DNA of 63,527 bases, from assembly GCA_947166445.1 (NCBI GenBank), contig CAMVED010000005.1, positions 1 through 63,527 on the forward strand, read 5' to 3'. Positions 32,421-40,987 of this stretch are shown here, one piece after another. The notes below the pieces were generated by a model, which saw only the letters and a program-made list of their open reading frames with translations, did no database searches and was not told where the DNA came from. Position numbers and translations under genes: made by a program. Position 1 is the stretch's first letter; each line of letters starts with the position of its first letter. The stretch is from an uncultured Mycoplasmatota bacterium (lineage in GTDB: Bacteria > Bacillota_I > Bacilli_A > RF39 > UBA660).

Positions 32421-33734
32421 TTAAAGTTTTAATTTTCTTGATGGCCCTCTATATATAAAGTTTGTATCCATAATATTATCTATTTCTAAAGTTTTCATAA
32501 GTACTCTAGATAGTCCAAGGCCATAACCACCATGTGGTGGACATCCATACTTGAATAGTTCTAAATATGCTTTTAATTCATCTGGATTAATTCCTTTTTC
32601 AAGTACTTGATTTAATAATTTGTCATAGTTATGTTCCCTTAATGCACCAGTTGTTATTTCTAGACCGCGATATAATAAATCATAGCTCTTAGTATTACCA
32701 TTTTCATCTACCTGTTGATAGAATGCTCTTGATTCAAACGGAAATCCTTCTATAAATATAAAATCTGATTTAAAACATTCCAATGCATATTTGCCTAATA
32801 ATAATTCTTCTTTCCTATCAAAATCTGTTTTTCTTTCTCCAACATAATTGTATCTATTCTTTAATATTTGTTTAGCTTCAAAAAAAGTTATTCTTGGTAT
32901 AGTTGCATCTATATTAACCAATTTACTATTAAAATCATTTTTTATCATGTTGCCATATTTACTATTGAGCTTTTCAAAGCCATATTTCAAAAATTCTTCT
33001 TCAAAGTCTTCAATTTTTGAAATATTTTCTATCCATGATATTTCTACATCACACATATTAATTTCTGAAGCATGATAACTTGTATTTGATTTTTCGGCTC
33101 TGAAAGCTGGACCAATTTCAAATACTTTGTCAAATCCTGATGCCATTGCCATTTGTTTATAGAATTGCGGACTTTGTGCTAATGCTGCTTCTTGTCCAAA
33201 AAAATCTATTTTAAATACTTCACTACCGCTTTCTGCAGCTTTGGCAGTTATTTTTGGTGAATGTAATTCTATGAAATCATTTTTTATACAATACTGTCTA
33301 AGAGCATTTTCAAAATATGTTTCGATTTGGAATAATTTATAATTTTTCTCAGATCGCAAATCTAGATTTCTATAATCATGTCTAACACTTCTGCTTATAT
33401 TTTTTTCTTTATAATTTAATGGTAACTCCTCGGCTATTGATGTTACATTTATTTTAGTTGGAATAATTTCCATTCCATTTAGTTTTACATTTGGAGCTTC
33501 ATTTAATACACCTTCAATATTTACTGTACTATCAAGTGATAATGTTTTTACTGTTTCATTTAATTCCTTATTATTATCGTTTTTTTCAATGGTAACTTGT
33601 ACTTTTCCGGTATGATCTCTTAGTATCAAAAATTGAACATATTTCAAATCCTTTATATTATCTACAAAACCTGATACAGTAATTTTTTTATCTTTATATT
33701 TATTTAATTCATTCATGTATATTTTATTATTCAT
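32421..33734 (-). CDS. Divergent short-type (archaeal/AspRS2-like) aspartyl-tRNA synthetase paralog
   Basis: OB-fold LRDHTGKVQ, AQSPQFYKQ, FRAEKSNTSYH, GALREH, YGCPPHGGYGLGLSR. Confidence 0.85.
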   Translation of the reverse strand: MNNKIYMNELNKYKDKKITVSGFVDNIKDLKYVQFLILRDHTGKVQVTIEKNDNNKELNETVKTLSLDSTVNIEGVLNEAPNVKLNGMEIIPTKINVTSIAEELPLNYKEKNISRSVRHDYRNLDLRSEKNYKLFQIETYFENALRQYCIKNDFIELHSPKITAKAAESGSEVFKIDFFGQEAALAQSPQFYKQMAMASGFDKVFEIGPAFRAEKSNTSYHASEINMCDVEISWIENISKIEDFEEEFLKYGFEKLNSKYGNMIKNDFNSKLVNIDATIPRITFFEAKQILKNRYNYVGERKTDFDRKEELLLGKYALECFKSDFIFIEGFPFESRAFYQQVDENGNTKSYDLLYRGLEITTGALREHNYDKLLNQVLEKGINPDELKAYLELFKYGCPPHGGYGLGLSRVLMKTLEIDNIMDTNFIYRGPSRKLKL

Positions 33735-33757
33735 TTTACTTTCCCCCTAATAATTTA

Positions 33758-35074
33758 CTATGGTTCTATTCTGTTTGGACCTCTGAATAGTAGCATTGTT
33801 TCTTTTAAGCTCGGAAGACCTAGTAGTAACATGGTTAATCTATCAACTCCTATTGCAAATCCTCCATGTGGTGGACATCCATATTTAAAGAAGTCTAAAT
33901 AGAAATCTACGTCTTTTCCCAAACCTTTTTCTTTTGCTTGAGCTTTTAATATTTCATATCTATGTTCTCTTTGTGCTCCAGTTGTTATTTCAGTACCTCT
34001 CCAGATTAGGTCATATCCATTTGGAATACCATTTTCATCTCTCATATGATAGAATGCTCTTTTTTTGCTGCTAAAACCTGTTATAAATATAAATTCATGG
34101 CCATATTCTTCCATGGCATATTTAGATATTAATGATTCTGTTTCATTGTTCATATCTCCTACATCTTCTTCAGGAATCTTATATCCATATCTTTTATTTA
34201 GTTCTTGGTATACATCATTTAAATCCATTCTAGGAAAAGGTTTTGAAGGTACTATTACTTCTTTACCAAATATTTCTTTTATAGTTTCTCCATATTTTTC
34301 TTTTACCTTTGTAAGACCTGCAATTAAAAGATCTTCTTCTACATTCATTACGTCTTCAACACTATCAACATAAGCAAATTCTAGGTCAAATGATGTATAT
34401 TCAGTAGCATGGCGATAAGTATTAGATTTTTCTGCTCTAAATACTGGTCCTACTTCAAACACTTTATCAAGTCCACTTGCTAATACCATTTGTTTATAAA
34501 ATTGTGGTGATTGAGCTAAATAAGCACTTCTTTCAAAATACTTAACTTCAAAAACTTCGCTACCTGATTCTGAAGCAGCTGCTATTAGTTTCGGACTATG
34601 TATTTCACAAAAATTATTTTTATATAAATAATCTCTCATTCCTTCAGTCATACAGGATTCAATTTGTCTAATAAGCATATTCCTTTCATTTCTAATATCT
34701 AAGAAACGGTAATCAAGTCTTGTATCAATGTTAACCCCATCTAAATTATTATAGTCATATGGAAGTTCTTCTGCTTGTGATAAAACTTTTACTTCTTCTG
34801 GAATAATTTCTATTCCTCCAAGTTTTACTGCTTCGTTTTTTGAAACAGTACCATTTACTTCTACAACTGAATCTTTAGTTACTTTTTGGAACAATTCAAT
34901 CATTTCAGCATTTTTTTCTTCACTTTTTTCTAGTGTTAATTGAACTTTTCCTGTTGAGTCTCTTAGCACTACAAACATTACCCATTTTTTATCTCTTACT
35001 GTGTCTACAAAACCACTCATTACTACTTCTTTTCCAAGATGCTTTTCTAATTCATTTACAAATACTTTCTTCAT
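33758..35074 (-). CDS. aspS: Short-type (archaeal/AspRS2-like) aspartate--tRNA ligase
   Basis: LRDSTGKVQ, AQSPQFYKQ, FRAEKSNTYRH, GAQREH, YGCPPHGGFAIGVDR: all canonical. Confidence 0.93.
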   Translation of the reverse strand: MKKVFVNELEKHLGKEVVMSGFVDTVRDKKWVMFVVLRDSTGKVQLTLEKSEEKNAEMIELFQKVTKDSVVEVNGTVSKNEAVKLGGIEIIPEEVKVLSQAEELPYDYNNLDGVNIDTRLDYRFLDIRNERNMLIRQIESCMTEGMRDYLYKNNFCEIHSPKLIAAASESGSEVFEVKYFERSAYLAQSPQFYKQMVLASGLDKVFEVGPVFRAEKSNTYRHATEYTSFDLEFAYVDSVEDVMNVEEDLLIAGLTKVKEKYGETIKEIFGKEVIVPSKPFPRMDLNDVYQELNKRYGYKIPEEDVGDMNNETESLISKYAMEEYGHEFIFITGFSSKKRAFYHMRDENGIPNGYDLIWRGTEITTGAQREHRYEILKAQAKEKGLGKDVDFYLDFFKYGCPPHGGFAIGVDRLTMLLLGLPSLKETMLLFRGPNRIEP

Positions 35075-35145
35075 ATTATTAACTCCTTTTTAATACATGT
35101 TTTTTTTATTTTATATTTTTTTTAAGTTTAAATCAATATTAATAA

Positions 35146-35406
35146 TTAAAATTCTTCAAAGATTCCGCATATTTTCATTTTTTCATAGAACTCTGTAACA
35201 TCTTTTTCAACTATTGATTTTTCAACATTGTACATTTTAGAAACGTCATTAATCAATGCTTCAAGAGTGTCACACTTTTTTGATTCATCAAGTATATTTT
35301 TTCCTATTTCATTAATTGTTATTATCTTTGAGTATGGCGTCATTGTAATATATTCATCATCTGATTCTTTTCTAATCCTTAAAAGTTTTGTTTTATACTT
35401 TTTCAC
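35146..35406 (-). CDS. PqqD family RiPP recognition element (RRE)
   Basis: 86 aa; INEIGKNIL...Y.V....EKDVTEFYEKM..CG winged-helix pattern; GTG start 7 nt after GAGGTG, overlapping the rSAM end. Confidence 0.82.
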   Translation of the reverse strand: MKKYKTKLLRIRKESDDEYITMTPYSKIITINEIGKNILDESKKCDTLEALINDVSKMYNVEKSIVEKDVTEFYEKMKICGIFEEF

Positions 35407-36406
35407 AGCTCATCACCTCATCTAAAATCTCATCATATGAGAAATCACAATTACGAGTTTCCTTGCATCCAGAATGGCAACGCTCAAATAAGTCACATGT
35501 TTTACATTTATCTGGTAACCATTTCATACTTCTGTATTCCATTAGCATTTCATCATTATTCCATACTTCTTCTAAATTATTTTTAAAAATATTACCTAGT
35601 TTTTTGTAAGTATATGAACACGGTTGAATATTACCATCGCAATCAATACTTATATAATTTTGTCCAAATCCACAATTACCAACATACTTTAAGTGTTTTG
35701 GATTTTCTACAATACACAATGGAAAATGTATGGCATATTTAAATGTTGTATCCTTATATTTGCTAGCTAGATAATCTATATCTTTTAACGTATTATTAAT
35801 TTGCTCGACAGATAGTTTTAAACTATCACTTATTTTTTTAGGCAACTCTGGATTTGAAATATATCTATTAAATGCAAATGCTTTTATTTCATACTTATCT
35901 TTTAAATCTTCTACAAATTCTTTAATATCAGTATAATTGTTTGCAGTAACTGTCATGTTTATAGTTAATGGTATTTTTAATTTGTTAATTTTTTCAATGG
36001 TATTCCTTATAATTTGATATTGTTTTTCATTAGATCTCGTTAATCTACAATGGCTGGCCATTGATCCATGTATTGATACAGCAATTCCATCTAAAGTATT
36101 AGCAAAATCAGTAAACTCTTTACGCCAAATCATACCGTTTGTTATAAGTGTTGTAAAAAATTCTTTATTTTTAGCATATCTAACAAGTCCAACTATATCA
36201 TTATATACTAATGGCTCTCCTCCAAAAAAGTTTATTCTCAAAACATTATTATCATATAATGTATCTATTATATTTTTTAATCTCTCAGCACTAACATCTT
36301 TTATTTTTTTATTGCTCATGTGCTCTACCCCGCAAAAAATACAATTACCATTGCAGTTTCTAGTCACAATAAAATTGGCAGTAATTGGTGTTTTATAATA
36401 CTTCAT
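35393..36406 (-). CDS. Radical SAM / SPASM-domain peptide maturase
   Basis: CNGNCIFC (CX3CX2C), GGEP, TNG; SPASM CGFG..IDCDGNIQPC..CKTC..FERCHSGC; SD AAGGAGG. Confidence 0.92.
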   Translation of the reverse strand: MKYYKTPITANFIVTRNCNGNCIFCGVEHMSNKKIKDVSAERLKNIIDTLYDNNVLRINFFGGEPLVYNDIVGLVRYAKNKEFFTTLITNGMIWRKEFTDFANTLDGIAVSIHGSMASHCRLTRSNEKQYQIIRNTIEKINKLKIPLTINMTVTANNYTDIKEFVEDLKDKYEIKAFAFNRYISNPELPKKISDSLKLSVEQINNTLKDIDYLASKYKDTTFKYAIHFPLCIVENPKHLKYVGNCGFGQNYISIDCDGNIQPCSYTYKKLGNIFKNNLEEVWNNDEMLMEYRSMKWLPDKCKTCDLFERCHSGCKETRNCDFSYDEILDEVMSCEKV

Positions 36407-36425
36407 AATTACCTCCTTTTTAGTA

Positions 36426-36455
36426 TCAATAGAGTGTTAAAAAACACTCTATTGA
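36426..36455 (-). other. Perfect 13-bp stem-loop between precursor and rSAM (no U-tail)
   Basis: TCAATAGAGTGTT-aaaa-AACACTCTATTGA. Confidence 0.8.
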
Positions 36456-36562
36456 CATGGTGGATCACAAGAAAACGCAACGATTTCTTTTTCGTTTTCT
36501 TTTGAAATTTTGATAGCTTTATTTCCTTGTTTTAGCTCAGCTGTTGGCTTTTCCCATTTCAT
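36449..36562 (-). CDS. Putative RiPP precursor peptide, 37 aa (MKWEKPTAELKQGNKAIKISKENEKEIVAFSCDPPCQ)
   Basis: Hand translation; SD AAAGGAG 8 nt before ATG; WxxP leader motif; Cys-containing C-terminal core; directly upstream of rSAM+RRE; absent from the ORF track. Confidence 0.82.
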   Translation of the reverse strand: MKWEKPTAELKQGNKAIKISKENEKEIVAFSCDPPCQ

Positions 36563-36709
36563 TTTCACCACTCCTTTCAAATTTTAGTTTTTTAATGAGA
36601 TCCCTATAAACTCAATTTTTTACAAAGAATAAAAAAAGGCGAAAGCATAATAAAGCCATGATATATAAGCCTTAAAACTCTCTCACCTCTCTTTTAAATA
36701 ATTGTCATT

Positions 36710-36738
36710 AATATACACCTAAACTATTATCCTGTCAA
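36710..36738 (-). promoter_or_regulatory. SigmaA-type promoter for the RiPP/aspS operon
   Basis: TTGACA-17 nt-TATATT on the minus strand. Confidence 0.7.
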
Positions 36739-36774
36739 TAATCACTATTGCTATTTTAAACAAAAAAGAAACTT

Positions 36775-37221
36775 TTATTTAGTTCCTGTTGAGCCAAATC
36801 CTCCAGTTCCTCTTTGAGTATCAGACAATTCTTCTACTTCTAGAAATTCTGCTTTATAAAATGGCATTATTACCATTTGAGCGATTCTTTCTCCATTTGA
36901 TATAGTTTGATCTATATTTGAGTGATTATGTAGTGCTACCATTACTTCTCCTCTGTAATCAGAATCAACTACTCCAACTTTATTAGCAGGAGCAAGTCCT
37001 TTTTTTGTAGCTAATCCACTTCTAGCAAATATCATTCCAGCATAACCTTCAGGTATTTCCATAGATAGTCCTGTTTTTACCAGGAACGTTTCATGTGGTT
37101 TTATAATTATATCTTCATCAAGGATAGCATATAAATCAAAACCTGCAGCACACGCTGAACCATAACTTGGTATTGTTGCTCTTTCATCTAATTTTTTTAT
37201 TCTTACTTGTCCACCTAGCAT
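36775..37221 (-). CDS. dut: dUTP diphosphatase
   Basis: AGFDL, RSGLA, GVVDSDYRGE, ERIAQ, RGTGGFGSTG; start at MLGGQ after GGAGG. Confidence 0.95.
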   Translation of the reverse strand: MLGGQVRIKKLDERATIPSYGSACAAGFDLYAILDEDIIIKPHETFLVKTGLSMEIPEGYAGMIFARSGLATKKGLAPANKVGVVDSDYRGEVMVALHNHSNIDQTISNGERIAQMVIMPFYKAEFLEVEELSDTQRGTGGFGSTGTK

Positions 37222-37724
37222 AATACTTCCTCCTCTAGTTTTACTAAACATATTTTTTTATTTTTTAAACTTTTTTTAACATCTATTACTCTTTGATTTG
37301 AAGAACCTCTGTATTTTAATCTAAAATCATGTAATTCATCTTGATACCTTCCGTCTACTAAGACATCTACATATTTAAATACTTCTTTATCTTTGATATT
37401 TTCAAATAGGAATCCTGACCACATCCAGATGTTTTTATTTGGATACTTTTCTTTAAATGCTTTTGCAAGTTTTGTTGTGTTTTCTTCATTTTTTGGATGC
37501 ATTGGTTCTCCTCCAAGGATAGATAATCCTTTTATATAATCTTTTTCTGCAAGTTCTAGGATTCTATCAATTGTCTTACCAGTAAACTCTTTTCCTTTTT
37601 TAAAGTCCCAAGTTTCTGGATTGAAACAATTTTTACAATGAAATTCACATCCTTGCATAAAGATCGATACTCTTACACCAGGTCCATTCGAAATATCCAT
37701 TTTTCTTATTTTGTTATAGTTCAT
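37215..37724 (-). CDS. nrdG: Anaerobic RNR activating enzyme
   Basis: NGPGVRVSIFMQGCEFHCKNCFN, LGGEP, GSSNQR. Confidence 0.95.
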   Translation of the reverse strand: MNYNKIRKMDISNGPGVRVSIFMQGCEFHCKNCFNPETWDFKKGKEFTGKTIDRILELAEKDYIKGLSILGGEPMHPKNEENTTKLAKAFKEKYPNKNIWMWSGFLFENIKDKEVFKYVDVLVDGRYQDELHDFRLKYRGSSNQRVIDVKKSLKNKKICLVKLEEEVLC

Positions 37725-39919
37725 TATTCTTCGTCATCCTTATTATCTATATGAATTACTCTATCTCTTATTTCTTCAGTTCTACCTTTGTTCCAAAAGT
37801 TTGTTCCAATGTATCCACAAGTACGTCTTGCAACATTTAACTTGTCATGATCCCTATTTCCACATTCTGGACAATACCATTCTAGATTATCATCTAATAA
37901 GATTTCTCCAGTATAACCACATTCTTGGCAATAATCGCTTTTAGTATTAAGTTCTGCATACATGATATTGTCATAAATGAACTTAATAACTTCCATTACT
38001 GATTCTAGATTGTTTTCCAAGTTTGGTGTTTCAATATAAGATATTGCTCCTCCGGGAGATAATTTTTGGAAATCTGCTTCTAGTTTTAATTTGGTAAAGG
38101 CATCTATTTCTTCGAATACAGGAACGTGATATGAATTAGTTATATAATCTCTATCAGTTATTCCTTTAATCTTTCCAAATCTTTCTTTTAGGCCTTTTGC
38201 AAATTTATATGTTGTTGATTCAATTGGTGTTCCATATACTGAATAATCTATATCTTCTGCTTCTTTCCAGACTTTACAAGCATCATTCATTTTTTGCATT
38301 ACTTCAATCCCAAACTCATAACCTTTTCCTTTATCTGTATGAGAGTGTCCTGTCATATATTTTACGCATTCATAAAGCCCTGCGTATCCAAGTGAAATTG
38401 TTGAATAGCCATGGTGTAATAATTCATGAATTGATTCACCTTTTTCAAGTCTAGCTAGCGCACCATGTTGCCAAAGGATTGGTGCTACATCACTTGTTGC
38501 CTTTGACAATCTTTTATGTCTTATTTGAAGTGCTCTATGACACATTTCTAGTCTTTCATCAAATATTTTCCAAAATATATCCATATCTTTTCCAGATGAC
38601 AATGCTATATCTGGTAAATTTAGTGTTACAACGCCTTGGTTAAATCTACCATAATATTTTCCTTTTCCTTCGACATAGTTTTTAGCTCTTGCAACGTTCC
38701 CTCTTGAGATTGATCTATCTGGAGTTAAGAATGATCTACAACCCATACATGGATAACATTCTCCTTCTCCATATTCATTTTTCTTTAATTCTTTCATTAC
38801 TTTTTCTGAAATGTAATCTGGCACCATTCTTTTAGCAGTGCATTTTGCAGCAAGTTTTGTTAAGTAATAATATTTTCCTTTTGGGTTAATATTATCTTCT
38901 TCAAGAACATATAAAAGTTTAGGAAAGGCTGGTGTTATATAAACTCCTTTTTCATTTTTCATACCTTCAATTCTTTGATTTAAGAATTCTTCAATTATCA
39001 TGGCAAGTTCATCTTTGTATTCTTCAGTTTCTCCAAGATACATATTTACAGACAAGAATGGTGCTTGTCCATTTGTGTTAGTCATAGAATTTATTTGATA
39101 TTGGAATGTTTGAACACCATCTACTATTTCTTTGTGCAAGTCTTCTTTAGCAAACTTTTCACATTCAGCTTTTTTGAAACCTCTTTTTTTATACTTATCT
39201 AAAAATCTATTATATGAGTCCCTTACAAATGGTGCTAAATGAGTTAGTGAAATTGTTGCTCCACCATATTGAGATGATGTTACTGCTGTAATTATTTGAG
39301 TTGCAATAGTCATTGCAGTTAAAAATCTATGTGGTTTTTCTATCATTACTCCATTCATATTTGTGCCATGTTGTAGCATGTCATCTAAATTTATAAGATC
39401 ACAGTTGTGAAGAGCGTTTTGGGCAAAATAGTCAGCATCATGAAAATGAATTATTCCTTCTTCATGGGCTTTAACTATGTCTTCAGGTAGTAAAAATCTT
39501 TTTGTAATATCAGTAGATGTGATACCTGCCAAATAATCTCTTTGAGTAGTTACTACTTTAGCGTTTTTATTTGAGTTTTCTGTATTCCAATACTCATTTT
39601 CGCCATCTATTAATTCTTTGATAGCTAAGTCTGTTGTATTACTTCTTCTCACTAGTTCTCTCGTATATCTATAGGTTATATATCTTTTAGCAAGTTGATA
39701 CTTACCAATAGACATTAATTTCATCTCAATAATATCTTGTATATCTTCTACTAAAATTCTTTTTTTACCAAGTTTTTCGATATACTTAATGATGTTTTTG
39801 ATTTGGACAGGAGATGCTTGTTCCTCTTCTTCTACTTCCATATTTGCTTTTTGAATTGCGTTTTCTATTTTTTCTGGGCAATAATCAACCATATGTCCAT
39901 CTCTTTTAATTACTTTCAT
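37724..39919 (-). CDS. nrdD: Anaerobic (class III) ribonucleoside-triphosphate reductase
   Basis: ATP-cone VIKRDG, CMGCRSFL, Zn motifs, glycyl radical RRTCGYIG; start at MKVIKR. Confidence 0.96.
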   Translation of the reverse strand: MKVIKRDGHMVDYCPEKIENAIQKANMEVEEEEQASPVQIKNIIKYIEKLGKKRILVEDIQDIIEMKLMSIGKYQLAKRYITYRYTRELVRRSNTTDLAIKELIDGENEYWNTENSNKNAKVVTTQRDYLAGITSTDITKRFLLPEDIVKAHEEGIIHFHDADYFAQNALHNCDLINLDDMLQHGTNMNGVMIEKPHRFLTAMTIATQIITAVTSSQYGGATISLTHLAPFVRDSYNRFLDKYKKRGFKKAECEKFAKEDLHKEIVDGVQTFQYQINSMTNTNGQAPFLSVNMYLGETEEYKDELAMIIEEFLNQRIEGMKNEKGVYITPAFPKLLYVLEEDNINPKGKYYYLTKLAAKCTAKRMVPDYISEKVMKELKKNEYGEGECYPCMGCRSFLTPDRSISRGNVARAKNYVEGKGKYYGRFNQGVVTLNLPDIALSSGKDMDIFWKIFDERLEMCHRALQIRHKRLSKATSDVAPILWQHGALARLEKGESIHELLHHGYSTISLGYAGLYECVKYMTGHSHTDKGKGYEFGIEVMQKMNDACKVWKEAEDIDYSVYGTPIESTTYKFAKGLKERFGKIKGITDRDYITNSYHVPVFEEIDAFTKLKLEADFQKLSPGGAISYIETPNLENNLESVMEVIKFIYDNIMYAELNTKSDYCQECGYTGEILLDDNLEWYCPECGNRDHDKLNVARRTCGYIGTNFWNKGRTEEIRDRVIHIDNKDDEE

Positions 39920-39990
39920 ATACTTACCTTCTTTCTTCTTTTTGATTATTTTCTCATGATATGAATATATCATATTTTTTAAAAATAATT

Positions 39991-40008
39991 TTGTTGTACT
40001 TGCAACAA
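39991..40008. promoter_or_regulatory. Putative Crp/Fnr-family operator (TTGTTG-N6-CAACAA)
   Basis: Palindrome with CRP-type 6-nt spacer between divergent nrdD and the crp/fnr gene. Confidence 0.55.
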
Positions 40009-40048
40009 TTTACAAAAAAGTTTATAATTTTTTTTAGAGGTGTAAAGT

Positions 40049-40678
40049 ATGAAAAAATTGTTCGATGATATTTCTCATACCAATAAAGGAAAATTGTTAA
40101 AACTTTTGCAAACTCATACCTTTACATTTAAGAGTGACAAAAATATACTTTCTCCAATAAAAGGTGATAACATCATCGGAATAGTGGCTGAAGGCTCAAT
40201 TAATATTGTACAAAATAACTATAATGGTGAAAAAATTGTGGTTGAAAGACTTAACAAAGATGATGTCTTTGGCACTATGTTTTTAGATATTGCAAATGAT
40301 GATTTTGACATTATAACTTTAGAAGACTCAAAAATTATTATTATTGACTTTAAAAATATTATTAATAATAGTTTTTATCATTACTCTTATTATCATAAAT
40401 TCATTAGTAATTTACTGAATATTGTTTCTGAAAAAATGAAAGAAAAAAACGAAAGAATACAATTACTTTCTCAAAAAACAATTAGAAATAAACTTCTTGA
40501 ATATTTTAAACTAAAAACAGAAAACAGAATAACTAAAAACGTTTATTTACCTTATACTTTTACTGAACTTGCTAATTATTTAGGAGTTGATAGAAGCGCG
40601 ATGTATAGAGAACTAAAGCATTTACAAGATGAAGGTTTAATTGAAATAAAAAATAAAAAAATTACTCTAAAGTATTAG
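40049..40678 (+). CDS. Crp/Fnr family transcriptional regulator (HcpR-like HTH)
   Basis: cNMP-binding fold; HTH FTELANYLGVDRSAMYREL. Confidence 0.88.
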   Translation: MKKLFDDISHTNKGKLLKLLQTHTFTFKSDKNILSPIKGDNIIGIVAEGSINIVQNNYNGEKIVVERLNKDDVFGTMFLDIANDDFDIITLEDSKIIIIDFKNIINNSFYHYSYYHKFISNLLNIVSEKMKEKNERIQLLSQKTIRNKLLEYFKLKTENRITKNVYLPYTFTELANYLGVDRSAMYRELKHLQDEGLIEIKNKKITLKY

Positions 40679-40729
40679 AGTTTTTATTTTTCACAAACAT
40701 TTTGCTATTTCATATATTACACTAGATAG

Positions 40730-40987
40730 GTGAATTATATGAATATTGATACTTTAAACAATTTATCTTTGGGAGAAGATGCTATTATACTCGAAAACAA
40801 TGTGAAAGGCAGGAACAAAAGACATTTAACTAATTTAGGCCTTTCTAGTAAAAATAGAATAAAATGTTTATACAAAAGTCCTTTGAATGATCCAGTTGCA
40901 TACAAAATTAAAAATGTAATAATTGCTATTAGGGAAGAAGATTCTAAAAATATAATTATAATGAGGAATAATAATGGGACTAACTAG
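40730..40987 (+). CDS. feoA: Ferrous iron transport protein A
   Basis: RHLTNLGL, SPLNDPVAY, IAIREEDS. Confidence 0.88.
   Translation: MNYMNIDTLNNLSLGEDAIILENNVKGRNKRHLTNLGLSSKNRIKCLYKSPLNDPVAYKIKNVIIAIREEDSKNIIIMRNNNGTN

Noticed and set aside
32421-33734. Second AspRS being an AsnRS or a pseudogene
   Set aside because: It retains QSPQFYKQ (Lys, Asp-type) instead of the AsnRS Glu; the frame is full length with its own SD.
35146-36562. Lasso-peptide or PQQ biosynthesis interpretation of the peptide and PqqD
   Set aside because: No lasso cyclase (asparagine synthetase-like) or transglutaminase-like protease, no PqqB/C, and no ExxxY core; only a SPASM rSAM is present.
32421-36562. Classical microcin C cluster
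   Set aside because: No ThiF/MccB adenylyltransferase, no exporter, and the peptide ends in Gln rather than Asn; only the AspRS-target analogy remains.
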